Assembly: GCA_963777605.1 (NCBI GenBank)
Contig: CAVZRV010000007.1
Coordinates: 960,001-1,024,000, forward strand
Reading direction: 5' to 3'
DNA from: an uncultured Acidobacteriota bacterium
GTDB lineage: Bacteria; Acidobacteriota; UBA6911; RPQK01; JAPXNP01
DNA: 64,000 nucleotides
Part shown: positions 23,101-32,683 of the stretch, one piece after another
Numbering within the stretch: the stretch's first letter is position 1
How the letters are laid out: every line of letters begins with the position of its first letter
Translations under genes and position numbers: made by a program
The notes under the pieces: generated by a model
Told to the model about the DNA's origin: nothing
The model's input: only the letters and a program-made list of their open reading frames with translations
Database searches by the model: none

Positions 23101-25195
23101 CATCGGCGTTCTCCACACTCTTCTCCTCAAAAAGGAGAACTACCGCATGATGGTGGGTGGAGACGGATCCTGTATGGGGTGCGGAGAAAAGACAGCGGCC
23201 CACCTGGTCGTCTCGGCTATCGAAGCGTCCCTGCAGCCCCACGTCCTCAGCTTCGTCGAGAAGATCGATGACCTGACAGAGAAGCTCGATTCCAAGGCCC
23301 GCCTCCTGCTCGCGAAGGATGTCGATCTGGACGGCATCGAAGGATCCGACAATGTGGGCATTGCCCTGGGTGACACCCGGACCCGGCTGAGTCACCTGAC
23401 CAAGCTGATCCGGGAACTGAAGGACCTCAGCTGGCGTTACAAGAGTGGCCCCAGCGGCAAGGGGCGTGCGGCTCTCGGCATGACCAACTCGACTGGTTGC
23501 TCGTCGGTTTGGGGCAGTACCTATCCTTACAACCCGTACCCGTTCCCGTGGGCAAACCACCTCTTCCAGGATGCTCCATCACTGGCCCTGGGAATCTTCG
23601 AAGGGCACATGAGGAAGATGGCCGACGGTTTTGCGCTCGTGCGCCGCGCTGAACTGGAGGTCGAGGATGCCTACGATTCGGCTGTCCACGACGATTTCTT
23701 CGTTGCGTTCAACTACGAGAAGTTCACCGACGAAGAGTTCCTGCTCTGCCCGCCAATCGTGGCGATGGGTGGAGACGGAGCCATGTACGATATCGGGTTC
23801 CAAAATCTCTCCCGGCTGCTGGCCTCCGGCAAGCCGTTGCGGGTTGTTGTTCTCGACACGCAGGTTTACTCAAATACGGGTGGCCAGGCCTGTACTTCCG
23901 GTTTCACCGGGCAGGTTTCGGACATGGCCGCATACGGGAAAGCCCAGCACGGTAAACAGGAAGCTCGGAAAGAGCTGGCTTTGATCGCGGCGGCTCACAG
24001 GACGGCTTATGTGTTGCAGTCCTCGCAGGCCTCGCCCGCGCACTTGGTGGGCGGTATTCTGAGGGGGTTGGCCTCCAGGCGCCCCGCGATTTTCAACATA
24101 TATACGCCTTGTCAAACGGAGCACGGCATCCCGGATCACGCATCGGAGCACAACGCCAAACTCGCCCTCGAGGCGCGGGCAGTGCCCTACATGATCTACG
24201 ATCCTGACGCCGGTAGTTCCTTGAGCGAGCGCTTGAGCCTGGACGGCAACCCGTCAATCGGGGATGACTGGCCGACGTATGAACTGAAATATGCGGATGA
24301 AGCAGGTGCCGAGCAGACCATGGTTCTGCCCATGACCATTGCGGATTGGGCGGCCACTGAACGGCGTTTCTCCAAGCAGTTCAAGCGGGTCAAACCGGGC
24401 AAAGACAACGGCGAGCTGGTTCCGTACCACGAGTACCTGAAGCTTGCCGTTGAAGAGACTGAAGGGAAGACCCCCTTCATATACGCCATCAACAGAGAAG
24501 GGAAGCTGGACCGGATCGCGGTTGCCGAGGAAATTGTCAGCCTCGGTCGCGAGCGGCTCGACTTCTGGAACGAAATCTGTGAAATGGCTGGGGAGCGCAT
24601 CTCCGAAGCAGTGCGGGACCGGATTGCTTCTGAAAAGGAAAGCGAATTCGACGAACGTCTCGCGGAGATCAAGGAGCAGTACGAAGCCGAAATCGAAGAG
24701 CTCAAACGAACCTATCCTCAGGATGTTGCCCGTCGCATGGCGGAAGCCCTGATGGGTCAATCAGGTTCGTTGGGGAGCTTCATCTCTTCCGTTACGGCAA
24801 CTCCGGTTGCACCGCCTGCGGTTCCCAGCGGGAATGGCCCCCAGAAGAAAGGGGAGCCCTCGCCCGCAGCAGCACCGGCTCCTGCCGCTGTCGCAGAGTC
24901 CAAGGCCGAGCCTGAAAAGGTTGAGGAAGAAGAGGAAGAGCTGGGCATGGGAGCCTGGATCGACCAGGATATCTGCACAGCATGTGACGATTGCATGAAA
25001 GTCAATCCGAAACTCTTCGTGTACGAGGCGAATGGCAAGGCGACCGTGACCGATCCGAAGAATGGTACCTTCAAGGATCTGGTTCTCGCGGCCGAGCGTT
25101 GTCCTTCTGGTGCTATTCATCCGGGAGCCCCGGTGAACAAGCGCGAGAAGGATCTGCCGAAGTGGGTCGAACGGGCTGCTCCGTTCAACGAGTGA
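20180..25195 (+). CDS. Single-chain pyruvate/2-oxoacid:ferredoxin oxidoreductase with extra C-terminal ferredoxin
   Basis: YPITP, YGSEKKG, two CxxCxxCxxxCP motifs, CMGCGEK, TGCSSVWG, GGDG, YSNTGGQ; C-terminal CTACDDC...CP. Confidence 0.93.
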   Translation: MAKEKEKNGAKYPGIPQAMDGTAAAVSMETAGSEAGGVYPITPASNMGEGFAEAAAAGKPNVFGRRLVFFEPEGEHAAAAVTAGMSMTGLRSANFSAGQGIAYMHESLYAAVGKRLTYVLNIASRAMTKQALNIHCGHDDYHSVDDTGFFQVFAKNVQEVADLNLITHKIAELALNPGILSQDGFLTSHVIETLRLPEVELVKEFLGDPSEIIKCPTPAQKMIFGETRRRIPELFDLDYPAMLGVVQNQDSYAQGVAAQRPFFFDHIKKIADGAFEEFAALTGRKYFRASGYQVEDADYVVLGQGSIVWNLEEVADHLREQGFKIGVVNLTMFRPFPDDLISRLLKGKKGVLVLERVDQPLAGDLPLLRETRGSVLKALENGRAGNGSLPYPTVDSYGSQDAPDFYSGCFGLGSRDTQPGDLITAIKNMMPEGEHKRFFYLGIDFLRKGGSDKLNEHQQEIIKSYPNIEELSLQPETNVNLLPKSSLAVRIHSVGGWGAITTGKNLALTLSDLLGMHVKANPKYGSEKKGQPTTFYATFAHDPIRLNCDLRFVDVVLSPDPNVFRHSNPLSGLSDGGVFIIQTDLPEEELWQSLPSWAKEFIRKHKIKVYYIDAFAIARSEAPDIELQYRMQGAAFQGSFFAASPLMERENLGEEDLFNAIHAQLKKKFGHRGHQVVDANVRVISRGYKEVNQLDYSKLSDKRTELVEIGKESQRSGPAVTAAPMPGVGDPGRFADEVFEYYRTGQDPVADPFAALSAIPAATGTFRDMTTIRFEVPKFVAEKCTGCGHCWTQCPDAAIPGLVLEIDQLLLSAARQAGNGQPLGLFPTLVEPLSKEVRTLLKTVPNSSFDGVLDLAYKNASKALALEPAKQTELDGEFGKVAAVLGKLPVAKTLPFFDVQERKEEGSGGLLAVTINPYACKGCNLCVDVCPDEALVTVKQDDKVIEELRETWKIWEQLPDTPDRYVQVRDLHEGIGVLHTLLLKKENYRMMVGGDGSCMGCGEKTAAHLVVSAIEASLQPHVLSFVEKIDDLTEKLDSKARLLLAKDVDLDGIEGSDNVGIALGDTRTRLSHLTKLIRELKDLSWRYKSGPSGKGRAALGMTNSTGCSSVWGSTYPYNPYPFPWANHLFQDAPSLALGIFEGHMRKMADGFALVRRAELEVEDAYDSAVHDDFFVAFNYEKFTDEEFLLCPPIVAMGGDGAMYDIGFQNLSRLLASGKPLRVVVLDTQVYSNTGGQACTSGFTGQVSDMAAYGKAQHGKQEARKELALIAAAHRTAYVLQSSQASPAHLVGGILRGLASRRPAIFNIYTPCQTEHGIPDHASEHNAKLALEARAVPYMIYDPDAGSSLSERLSLDGNPSIGDDWPTYELKYADEAGAEQTMVLPMTIADWAATERRFSKQFKRVKPGKDNGELVPYHEYLKLAVEETEGKTPFIYAINREGKLDRIAVAEEIVSLGRERLDFWNEICEMAGERISEAVRDRIASEKESEFDERLAEIKEQYEAEIEELKRTYPQDVARRMAEALMGQSGSLGSFISSVTATPVAPPAVPSGNGPQKKGEPSPAAAPAPAAVAESKAEPEKVEEEEEELGMGAWIDQDICTACDDCMKVNPKLFVYEANGKATVTDPKNGTFKDLVLAAERCPSGAIHPGAPVNKREKDLPKWVERAAPFNE

Positions 25196-25215
25196 CGTCG
25201 GGGTAATCCCCTGTG

Positions 25216-25256
25216 AAAGAGGAAGGGCCGCGCTTGCCGCGGCCCTTTTTTATTTT
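25216..25256. terminator. Bidirectional intrinsic terminator
   Basis: AAGGGCCGCG-loop-CGCGGCCCTT followed by T-tract, between convergent genes. Confidence 0.85.
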
Positions 25257-26271
25257 ACCGTCCTGCCGTGGAAGCAGCTGCCTCTTCGCGGGCGCGTTCC
25301 AGGACATCGGAGAGAGAAACGGGGACGCCACCGAGACGCTTGCTCTCATGGGCGGCTGCCATGAAAGTGTAGATCTCAAGGGTCTCTTCAATGGAGACGG
25401 GTGAGATGCCGGTTTCGAAGAACTGGACGATCTTCACCAGCAGGGGTCGATAACCTCCGAAGGGGCCGATCGGCTCGATCGCCTCGGAACCGAAGACGGT
25501 CCCGCCGTAATCCTCTTTGCCTTCCCGCAGCCCCTGGAAGATCCCGGTGCGGCCTTCCGTCCAGGTTCCCACTACGATGTCCGAGATGTCGGTCTTGGTA
25601 CGGACGACCGATTTACAGCCGGTTCCCATGACGGTGTAGAGAAGTTCAACCCCGTGGATGCCATACCAGAACAGATCGGGGTGAGTCGGCTCGAGGTGTG
25701 CCGGGCTGTATGCAAATGCCCGCAGCACCCGTCCGGCACTCCCGGCACGAAGTTGCTGCGCACTTTCGACGTAGCGAAGCGACGACGAGGAGAAAACCGG
25801 GACCCGGTAACGGGCGGCGGCATCGTAGATCGCGACGGTGTCTGCCAGAGATGCTGCTACCGGCTTGTCGATAAAAACCCGCTTACCTGCCTTGAGGACG
25901 GGGATCGCCTGCTCCAGGTGCCGTCGGCCGTCGTTGGTCTCGAGCAGGACAACATCCACGCGGTCCAGCAGGGCAGGAATCGAATCGACGATCTCTACGC
26001 CCATTTCCCGGACGTCTTCGGTATAGCGGGGGATTCGACTGGTGCTCGACTCGATGTCAAGACTCCCCTGTGGATAAGCTGCGACCACCCTGTATCCCCC
26101 CAGGTCCTCCGCTGCGGCGGGGTTGTTGAGTTCCTTGGTGAATGCAACGGCGTGCGAGGTATCCAGGCCGATTATGCCAACCCGGTGCCCGGGGGCCACC
26201 TGGGGAGCGGCCAGAATGCAGGTCAAGAGCGCTGTCGCGACGGCAACAGCAGACAGGAAGTGTTTCCTCAT
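25255..26271 (-). CDS. Gfo/Idh/MocA family oxidoreductase with signal-like N-terminus
   Basis: IIGLDTSH, FIDKP, SSSSLRY, WYGIH. Confidence 0.85.
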   Translation of the reverse strand: MRKHFLSAVAVATALLTCILAAPQVAPGHRVGIIGLDTSHAVAFTKELNNPAAAEDLGGYRVVAAYPQGSLDIESSTSRIPRYTEDVREMGVEIVDSIPALLDRVDVVLLETNDGRRHLEQAIPVLKAGKRVFIDKPVAASLADTVAIYDAAARYRVPVFSSSSLRYVESAQQLRAGSAGRVLRAFAYSPAHLEPTHPDLFWYGIHGVELLYTVMGTGCKSVVRTKTDISDIVVGTWTEGRTGIFQGLREGKEDYGGTVFGSEAIEPIGPFGGYRPLLVKIVQFFETGISPVSIEETLEIYTFMAAAHESKRLGGVPVSLSDVLERAREEAAASTAGR

Positions 26272-26285
26272 GGTTTCTTATCTCC

Positions 26286-27317
26286 TTAGTTATCCCGGAA
26301 TTCGGCGACCGACCGAAAATCGTCGGTCATGTAGTAGCGTCCATTGCTCCCGACAACAAACGCCTGGACGTTCTGCAGGGTCGAGACCAGCCGCAAGCCC
26401 GCGTCCGGGCCGAGGACAAAGACAGTGGTGGCCAGAACATCAGCGGTCTCTGCGTCCGGCGCTACGACAGTGACCGATTGGCACTTGTCGGCAGGATAGC
26501 CGGTGCGCGGGTCGATGATGTGGTGATAGCGGACCCCATTGACGATGCGGAATCTCTCGTAGTCGCCGGAAGTGACTACCGCGCCGTCCGAAATCTGAAT
26601 GCGGGCGATCAACTCATCTTGAGCCCCGCGCGGATCACGAATTCCGATCTTCCAGGGGCGGGTTCCCTTTTCTCCCGATGTCAGCACGTCACCTCCGCCG
26701 TTGACGAGAAACTCGTCGAAGCCGGCGTCCCGGATTACCGTGCCCGCCCGGTTGATGGAATAGCCCTTGGCGATCCCACCCAGTCCGATAGCCACATCCT
26801 TGGGCAGGGAGACCCGGTTTCCGTCGATTTTAATCTTGCGGTAGTCCACCCGGGCGCGCGCTTCTGCGACCTCCTCGGGGGTAGGAGGGACGAAGTCTTC
26901 GTCAAAATGCCAGATATTCCCCATGCTGCGCCACGTAATGTCAAAAGCCCCATGGCTAACCTCCCCCCAGTGAATTCCTCGCCGAATCATGTCCGCGAGC
27001 TCCTGTGGGACTTCGACCGGAACGCCCGATCCGGCTGCCTGGTTGACGGCACTGATCGGAGAATCGGGACGCCACTCGCTCATCAATCGCTCGATCCGGT
27101 CCAGCTCTCCGAAGGCCGCGTCCAGAGCCGCTTCCGCTTTCTCCTTGCTGTCGTCGTCAGCGACGATCTGCATCGACCACAATGTCCCCATCATCTGGCC
27201 TTCACGAACGACGACCGGGACCGGCCGACTGTGATCAACGTACGATCGCAACCCGATCATGACGAGGATCAAGGTGAAGCCCAGCAGAAGCGTCAGGAGA
27301 CCCTTTGATATTCGCAT
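26286..27317 (-). CDS. apbE: FAD:protein FMN transferase
   Basis: MGT, GAFDIT, LGGIAKGY, TSGDYER, HHIIDPRTG, ADVLAT. Confidence 0.93.
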   Translation of the reverse strand: MRISKGLLTLLLGFTLILVMIGLRSYVDHSRPVPVVVREGQMMGTLWSMQIVADDDSKEKAEAALDAAFGELDRIERLMSEWRPDSPISAVNQAAGSGVPVEVPQELADMIRRGIHWGEVSHGAFDITWRSMGNIWHFDEDFVPPTPEEVAEARARVDYRKIKIDGNRVSLPKDVAIGLGGIAKGYSINRAGTVIRDAGFDEFLVNGGGDVLTSGEKGTRPWKIGIRDPRGAQDELIARIQISDGAVVTSGDYERFRIVNGVRYHHIIDPRTGYPADKCQSVTVVAPDAETADVLATTVFVLGPDAGLRLVSTLQNVQAFVVGSNGRYYMTDDFRSVAEFRDN

Positions 27318-27343
27318 CGACGACGACTCGATTCTGGTGCGGG

Positions 27344-28735
27344 CTAGTTCTCTTCAGGAGGCGTGGAGCCGAGAACGTGCCGGGCTCCTTCCTCCAGCCG
27401 ATTCCTCAGGTCCGCAACAATAGCGGGGAAATCCTTCGCCCGGTTGTACCGTTCACTCGGATCGATCTCGAGGTTGAAGAGCTGCACCGGCTCTACCGGC
27501 TCGCTGTATTGCGCTCCCTCGAGTCCACCGGGTAGACGGAGTTTCCAGGGTCCCCGGCGGACGGCCTCAGCACGCATACCGTTGAAGTAGAAAAGGTCCC
27601 GTTCCCCGACCGGAGTTCCGTTTGTCAAGAGCGGTTGAATATCGACGCCGTCGTAGATTTTTTCAGCAGGCAGCTCGGCTCCGGAGATGGCCGAGATCGT
27701 CGCGAACAGATCCATGGTCGTGACCGGTTCGGCGCTGACCTGGCCGGAAGGGATGTGGCCGGGCCACCGAACCAGCGCGGGGACGCGAACGCCCCCTTCG
27801 TAAGTAGTCGCCTTGGCACCGCGCAAAAGCCCGGGAGAACCGGCGTGCCAGGGCTTGACGATGTCTTCCTGGAACATCCGGTCGGGCATATTCAACCAGG
27901 GCCCGTTGTCACTCGTGAAAATCATGATGGTGTTCTGGCTGAGGCCGAGTTCCCCGAGGGTATCGTCGATCCGACCGGCGCTCCAGTCGATCGTTTCGAT
28001 GACGTCGCCGTAGAGGCCGCCCCGGGACCGACCGACGAAGTCCTCTCCCGTGCTGATGGGAACGTGCGGCATGCTGTAGGCCAGATAAAGAAAGAAGGGC
28101 TCTTCAGCCGACCGGTGAATGAACTTGACTGCCTCGTCGGTGTAGCGTTCCGTAAGCAGTGACTGGTCCCGAAGGACCTCGGTAGGCTTGGAATCCCGGT
28201 ACAGCTGAAGCGGGCGTTCGGTCTGGACCCAGGGGGGGATCATGTCGTTACTGTAAAGCAGCCCGAAATAGGAATCGAAGCCGTTGGCGGTGGGCAGGAA
28301 AGCGGGCTGGGAACTCCCAAGATGCCACTTCCCGATTGCCATGGTCCGGTAACCCCGTCCCTTCAGTACCTCCGCCAGCGTCAACTCCTCGGCGGGGATC
28401 CCCTTGTCCGAATCAGGTCCAAGGACGTTGGGGAGGCCGACCCTTTGAGGGTACCGTCCTGTCAACAGGGCCGCACGGGACGGAGTGCAAGTCGGGGCCC
28501 CGACGTAGAAAGAGGTCAGCCGAATGCCTGCACTGGCCATTCCGTCAAGGCGGGGCGTCTGAATTGTCGGATGTCCGAATGAACTGAGATCCCCGTAACC
28601 CATGTCGTCGGCGAAGAGAATGACCACGTTAGGCGCACGCGCGGGCGACTCGGGCTTGGTGCAGGAAAGGGTCACGAGCAGAAGTAGCGCCGGAAAGCCC
28701 CAAAGGAAGCGGGGAAGGATCGAATTTCGGATCAT
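27344..28735 (-). CDS. Arylsulfatase (formylglycine-dependent), lipoprotein
   Basis: ADDMGYGD, CTPSRAALLTGR, GKWHLG, SDNG; lipobox-like TLSC; start estimated. Confidence 0.92.
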   Translation of the reverse strand: MIRNSILPRFLWGFPALLLLVTLSCTKPESPARAPNVVILFADDMGYGDLSSFGHPTIQTPRLDGMASAGIRLTSFYVGAPTCTPSRAALLTGRYPQRVGLPNVLGPDSDKGIPAEELTLAEVLKGRGYRTMAIGKWHLGSSQPAFLPTANGFDSYFGLLYSNDMIPPWVQTERPLQLYRDSKPTEVLRDQSLLTERYTDEAVKFIHRSAEEPFFLYLAYSMPHVPISTGEDFVGRSRGGLYGDVIETIDWSAGRIDDTLGELGLSQNTIMIFTSDNGPWLNMPDRMFQEDIVKPWHAGSPGLLRGAKATTYEGGVRVPALVRWPGHIPSGQVSAEPVTTMDLFATISAISGAELPAEKIYDGVDIQPLLTNGTPVGERDLFYFNGMRAEAVRRGPWKLRLPGGLEGAQYSEPVEPVQLFNLEIDPSERYNRAKDFPAIVADLRNRLEEGARHVLGSTPPEEN

Positions 28736-28953
28736 TATGATAGCGATTGTATCGGCAGTGCGCGTGACGCTCAACAAGGACACTGCTGAAATGCCGAACC
28801 TTGGCGGTACTCTGGAACAAGCAGGCCGGATTCTGTTAGGGTTTAGCATTGATCGGCTCGTATAATGGGCAAATCGCTGTCGTGCGGCTTGCAGCCTCGA
28901 GCGATCCAGGCGGCTGGCCAAATCTTTGTGCTCGATCATTTTGGGATGTCTTT

Positions 28954-30651
28954 ATGAATGCAAGTGAGAGGCGTTGCAGGACCCTCCCATTTCACTTTCT
29001 CCTGCTACTGCTCTTTGTTCTGCCAGGTTGCACGAAGCGGCAGGTTGAAGTTACGGCGATCGATTCGCGCGAGCCGGATGTGTCGGCCGGCGCCGAAGTC
29101 GAGGATACGGTGCTTGCAAACGTCGAGCAGCCCGACTATTTCGCAGAACAGGGGAAGAAAGCGGCAGAAGCGTTGGACCGGGACGCCAGGCGACTGGTCG
29201 ATGCGGGCCGGGTGCGGGTCTTCCGCGGCCAGCTGGGTGATGCACAAGTCTATTTCGATGAGGCCCTGGATCTCTTGGATGAGAGCGGATTCCCCTTCGA
29301 CGAATACCCATTCCTGGAATCCACCTATGGGGAACTGGAAGCGGAGATTCGCCGAATCGAAGTGTTGGCGGCAGCAGAGCCGGACGATACTCCCTTGCGC
29401 CTGTCCGAGGAACTGGCCGAATCTCTTTCGCCGCTGGACGACATTGCAGGCCTCGACCTGTATGCCGTCGAAGTTGATCCGAAGCTCGAGAATCTTGTCA
29501 GCGAAGATCTGAAGCAGACTCCTTTCGATTTTCCGATCGTTGTCAACGAGCAGGTGTTGCGTTTCCTCGATTATTATCAGGGTCGGGGCCGGAAGGCGAC
29601 GGAAGAGGCGCTTCGTCGCTCGGGGCGATACGTTGACGAGTTCAGGAAGATTTTCGCCGAAGAGGGGCTTCCGCAGGATCTGGTCTACATGGCTCACGTT
29701 GAGAGTCTCTTCAAGCCAAAAGCTTATTCCAGAGCAAGAGCCCGGGGCATCTGGCAGTTCATGTCGGGCACGGGCCGGGTCTACGGCCTTAACATTAACT
29801 GGTGGGTGGACGAACGGATGGACTTCGAGAGGGCCACTCGGAGTGCCGCCCGAATGTTGAAGGATCTCAAAGAAGAGTTTGGCGACTGGTACCTGGTACT
29901 GGCGGCTTACAACGTGGGCAAGGGACGCGTGGGCCGGGCACTCAGGCGTTACGGGGACATGGATTACTGGACTATGGTCAAGCGGCGCCTGATTCCTCGA
30001 GAGACCCGGAACTTCGTTCCGTCCATCCTCGCCGCGATGATCATTTACAAGAATCCGGCCCGATATGGGTTTGACGTCCAACCGGATCCGCCCATGGATC
30101 GGGAGAAGGTCGCGGTGCCTTACCAGGCCGACCTCAACGTGATCGCAGACCTGATCGATGTGGACGTCGATCTTCTCGACGAGATGAATCCGGAACTTCT
30201 GCGGGGAATAACGCCATTTGAAAGTGACGATTACTACCTAAAGGTTCCTCCCGGCAAGGCGATAGAGGCGGCCCAGCAACTAGCTGATTTGCCCCCCGAC
30301 AAGCGGCTCAGGTGGGCACACCACAAGGTTCGCAATGGTGAAACACTTTCCCTCATCGCGTCTCGCTACCGAGTCGCAATCCGGGCCATTGCCGACATGA
30401 ACCGAATTCGGAACGTCAACAGATTGAGCCTCGGGCAGGACCTGATCATCCCGCTTTCGGACTACCGGGCGGTAGCTTCCGCGGGAAGTGGAATGCCCAG
30501 CAGTGGCAGTCATATTGTCCGGCGCGGAGATTCTCTCTACCGGATAGCGCGCCACTACGGGGTCCGAATGAACGACCTCTTCAAGTGGAATAACCTGGGT
30601 CCGCGAGACACCATCCATCCCGGGCAGGAGATTCGCCTTTCCGGCGACTGA
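28954..30651 (+). CDS. mltD: MltD-like lytic transglycosylase with LysM domains
   Basis: Lipobox LPGC; HVES, GIWQFM, LAAYN, ETRNFV; two clear C-terminal LysM repeats. Confidence 0.88.
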   Translation: MNASERRCRTLPFHFLLLLLFVLPGCTKRQVEVTAIDSREPDVSAGAEVEDTVLANVEQPDYFAEQGKKAAEALDRDARRLVDAGRVRVFRGQLGDAQVYFDEALDLLDESGFPFDEYPFLESTYGELEAEIRRIEVLAAAEPDDTPLRLSEELAESLSPLDDIAGLDLYAVEVDPKLENLVSEDLKQTPFDFPIVVNEQVLRFLDYYQGRGRKATEEALRRSGRYVDEFRKIFAEEGLPQDLVYMAHVESLFKPKAYSRARARGIWQFMSGTGRVYGLNINWWVDERMDFERATRSAARMLKDLKEEFGDWYLVLAAYNVGKGRVGRALRRYGDMDYWTMVKRRLIPRETRNFVPSILAAMIIYKNPARYGFDVQPDPPMDREKVAVPYQADLNVIADLIDVDVDLLDEMNPELLRGITPFESDDYYLKVPPGKAIEAAQQLADLPPDKRLRWAHHKVRNGETLSLIASRYRVAIRAIADMNRIRNVNRLSLGQDLIIPLSDYRAVASAGSGMPSSGSHIVRRGDSLYRIARHYGVRMNDLFKWNNLGPRDTIHPGQEIRLSGD

Positions 30652-30801
30652 CCTGCCACAGGAGGTGATCGCCCCGGTCTCAGCCGGAGGACATCTCGGT
30701 GACATACTTCCCAACAAAGTGGACAATTCGGGTTGGTAGTCTGGTGTGTCCCCCGTCTTGGGAGTGCTAAAGAAGCGGCAGCTTCGTTCGATAATAGTGG
30801 A

Positions 30802-32301
30802 GTGACCGATCACCGACCATCGACAACCGCACACGAAATCAAGACGCTCATTCTGTCGTTCCAACCAGTCATCGCTGTCGAGACCCTGGAAGAAGAGCGG
30901 GTGGACCAGATTCTCGAGAACGTGGCGCAGCAGCTTCGGTTACCTTTGTTTGAGTGGACGGTGACACGCGGCTTGCGGCGCCGGGAACAACCCACCCCGT
31001 TTCATGGAACCAGCCAGCCGCTGATTCTGCTCAAGCACATCGCAGGGTTGACCATCGAGGCGATTTTCCACCTCAAGGATTTCGGCCCTCATCTGGAGGG
31101 TGCTGAGGTCAGACGCCAGTTTCGTGAATTGGCGGGTGCGTTTTCGGGGAAGAAATCGACCTTGGTGATCAGCGGGGGAACGGTGGAGTTTCCGCCCGAT
31201 CTCAATCATCTGGCGATCCACTACCGGTTGAGATTTCCTTCCCGCGACGAACTGAGGGCGGCCGTCCGGGAGCAGTTGCAGGACCTTCGGACCCAACGCT
31301 CGTTTCAAATCGAACTCGGGCCTGACGGCCTGGAAGAGTTGCTCCGTGCCCTCAGAGGGCTCACCCTGAAACAGGCACGACAGGTGCTAGCTTACTGCAT
31401 ACTCGACGACGGCAGGCTCGGAGCCGACGATATCGGCCGGATTATTGAGCGAAAGGGAGAAGCCATTCGGGAACAGGGCCTTCTCGAATACTATCCGGTC
31501 TCCTCGAACGAGTACGAACTCGGCGGATTCAAGTCGCTGCGGGGATGGCTCGATCGAGCGAAGGTCGGCTTCAGTAAAAAAGCCCGGGAGCTCAACCTCA
31601 GTCCCCCCAAAGGCGTTCTGCTCGTGGGAGTCCAGGGTTGCGGCAAGTCACTGGCGGCAAAATTCGTAGCCAAACAGTGGCGGCTTCCCCTGCTGAAGCT
31701 GGACGCCGGCTGCCTCTTCGATAAGTACGTGGGCGAATCCGAGAAGAATTTTCGCCGAGCCACGGGGCAGGCGGAATCGATGGCACCAGTGGTTCTCTGG
31801 ATCGACGAGATCGAGAAGAGTTTTGCCTCAGGTGGAGCCGGAGATGCCGACGGTGGCCTGGGGAAGCGAATCCTGGGCGCGTTCCTGACCTGGTTGCAGG
31901 AAAAGAATGACGAAGTATTCGTGGTCGCAACTGCGAACGATCTGTCGGCGCTGCCCCCGGAACTGCTTCGCAAAGGGCGCTTCGACGAGATCTTTTTTGT
32001 AGACCTTCCGGAACTGGCGGAACGCGCCAGTATTTTCAAGATTCATCTTGCGTTGAGAAACCAGTCGCCCGGAAACTTCGAATTGACCAGGCTTGCGGCG
32101 GAAACAGGGGGGTTCAGTGGAGCCGAGATCGAGCAGATCGTCATCACAGCGCTTTACCGGGCGCTCCACAACCAGTCAGCCCTCACGACCGAGAGCCTCA
32201 TCCAGGAAGCTCACTCGACAATTCCACTGTCAGTTTCGCGCCGCGAAGAAATAGAAGAACTCCGGACTTGGGCGCGACAGCGATTTGTCAGCGCCAATTA
32301 G
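30802..32301 (+). CDS. Ycf46-like AAA+ ATPase
   Basis: Degenerate N-terminal AAA; GVQGCGKS, LWIDEIEK, PPELLRKGRFDEIFFVDLP. Confidence 0.88.
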   Translation: MTDHRPSTTAHEIKTLILSFQPVIAVETLEEERVDQILENVAQQLRLPLFEWTVTRGLRRREQPTPFHGTSQPLILLKHIAGLTIEAIFHLKDFGPHLEGAEVRRQFRELAGAFSGKKSTLVISGGTVEFPPDLNHLAIHYRLRFPSRDELRAAVREQLQDLRTQRSFQIELGPDGLEELLRALRGLTLKQARQVLAYCILDDGRLGADDIGRIIERKGEAIREQGLLEYYPVSSNEYELGGFKSLRGWLDRAKVGFSKKARELNLSPPKGVLLVGVQGCGKSLAAKFVAKQWRLPLLKLDAGCLFDKYVGESEKNFRRATGQAESMAPVVLWIDEIEKSFASGGAGDADGGLGKRILGAFLTWLQEKNDEVFVVATANDLSALPPELLRKGRFDEIFFVDLPELAERASIFKIHLALRNQSPGNFELTRLAAETGGFSGAEIEQIVITALYRALHNQSALTTESLIQEAHSTIPLSVSRREEIEELRTWARQRFVSAN

Positions 32302-32683
32302 GTTCCAGTCCCCAGGACCGGCCGGCTCAAACAGCAGAGGCCGGTGAACCGGGTGTCACCTCCTACCGCTCGGAGTTTGTCGAATTGATGTGCAGCCTGT
32401 CCAGATGGTGACTTTCTTTCTTCCCGGAACGGAAGATCCAGACGATCACAGCAGCGACAATAACAATGCCGATAATCAACGAGTAAGTCATCTATTGGCC
32501 TCCTAACCTTGACTTCTGCCAGCACCATTCCGGTCCGAGCTTTGAGCAGCCGCAATCACAGGAGATCGAACTTAGACGACCGGTCTTTCCCAATCACCTC
32601 AGCCGTGCCATCGTGAATTGACTTGATTCAATTCTATCTGCGGGTTGTGAAAAAAGGCAACTCAAAAGCAACTTCAGTTCGAC

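Noticed and set aside
21656-23560. 634-aa antisense ORF and similar long shadow ORFs (e.g. 36258..37358, 56890..57915)
   Set aside because: Antisense to well-supported genes; expected from codon bias in GC-rich DNA.
30660-30670. Perfect SD sequence AGGAGGTGATC after mltD
   Set aside because: No suitably spaced start codon or credible ORF follows.
32298-32555. Small Cys-rich ORF (HCYCRCC) on the minus strand
   Set aside because: No clear SD, atypical codon usage and no recognisable family; cannot be supported without homologues.
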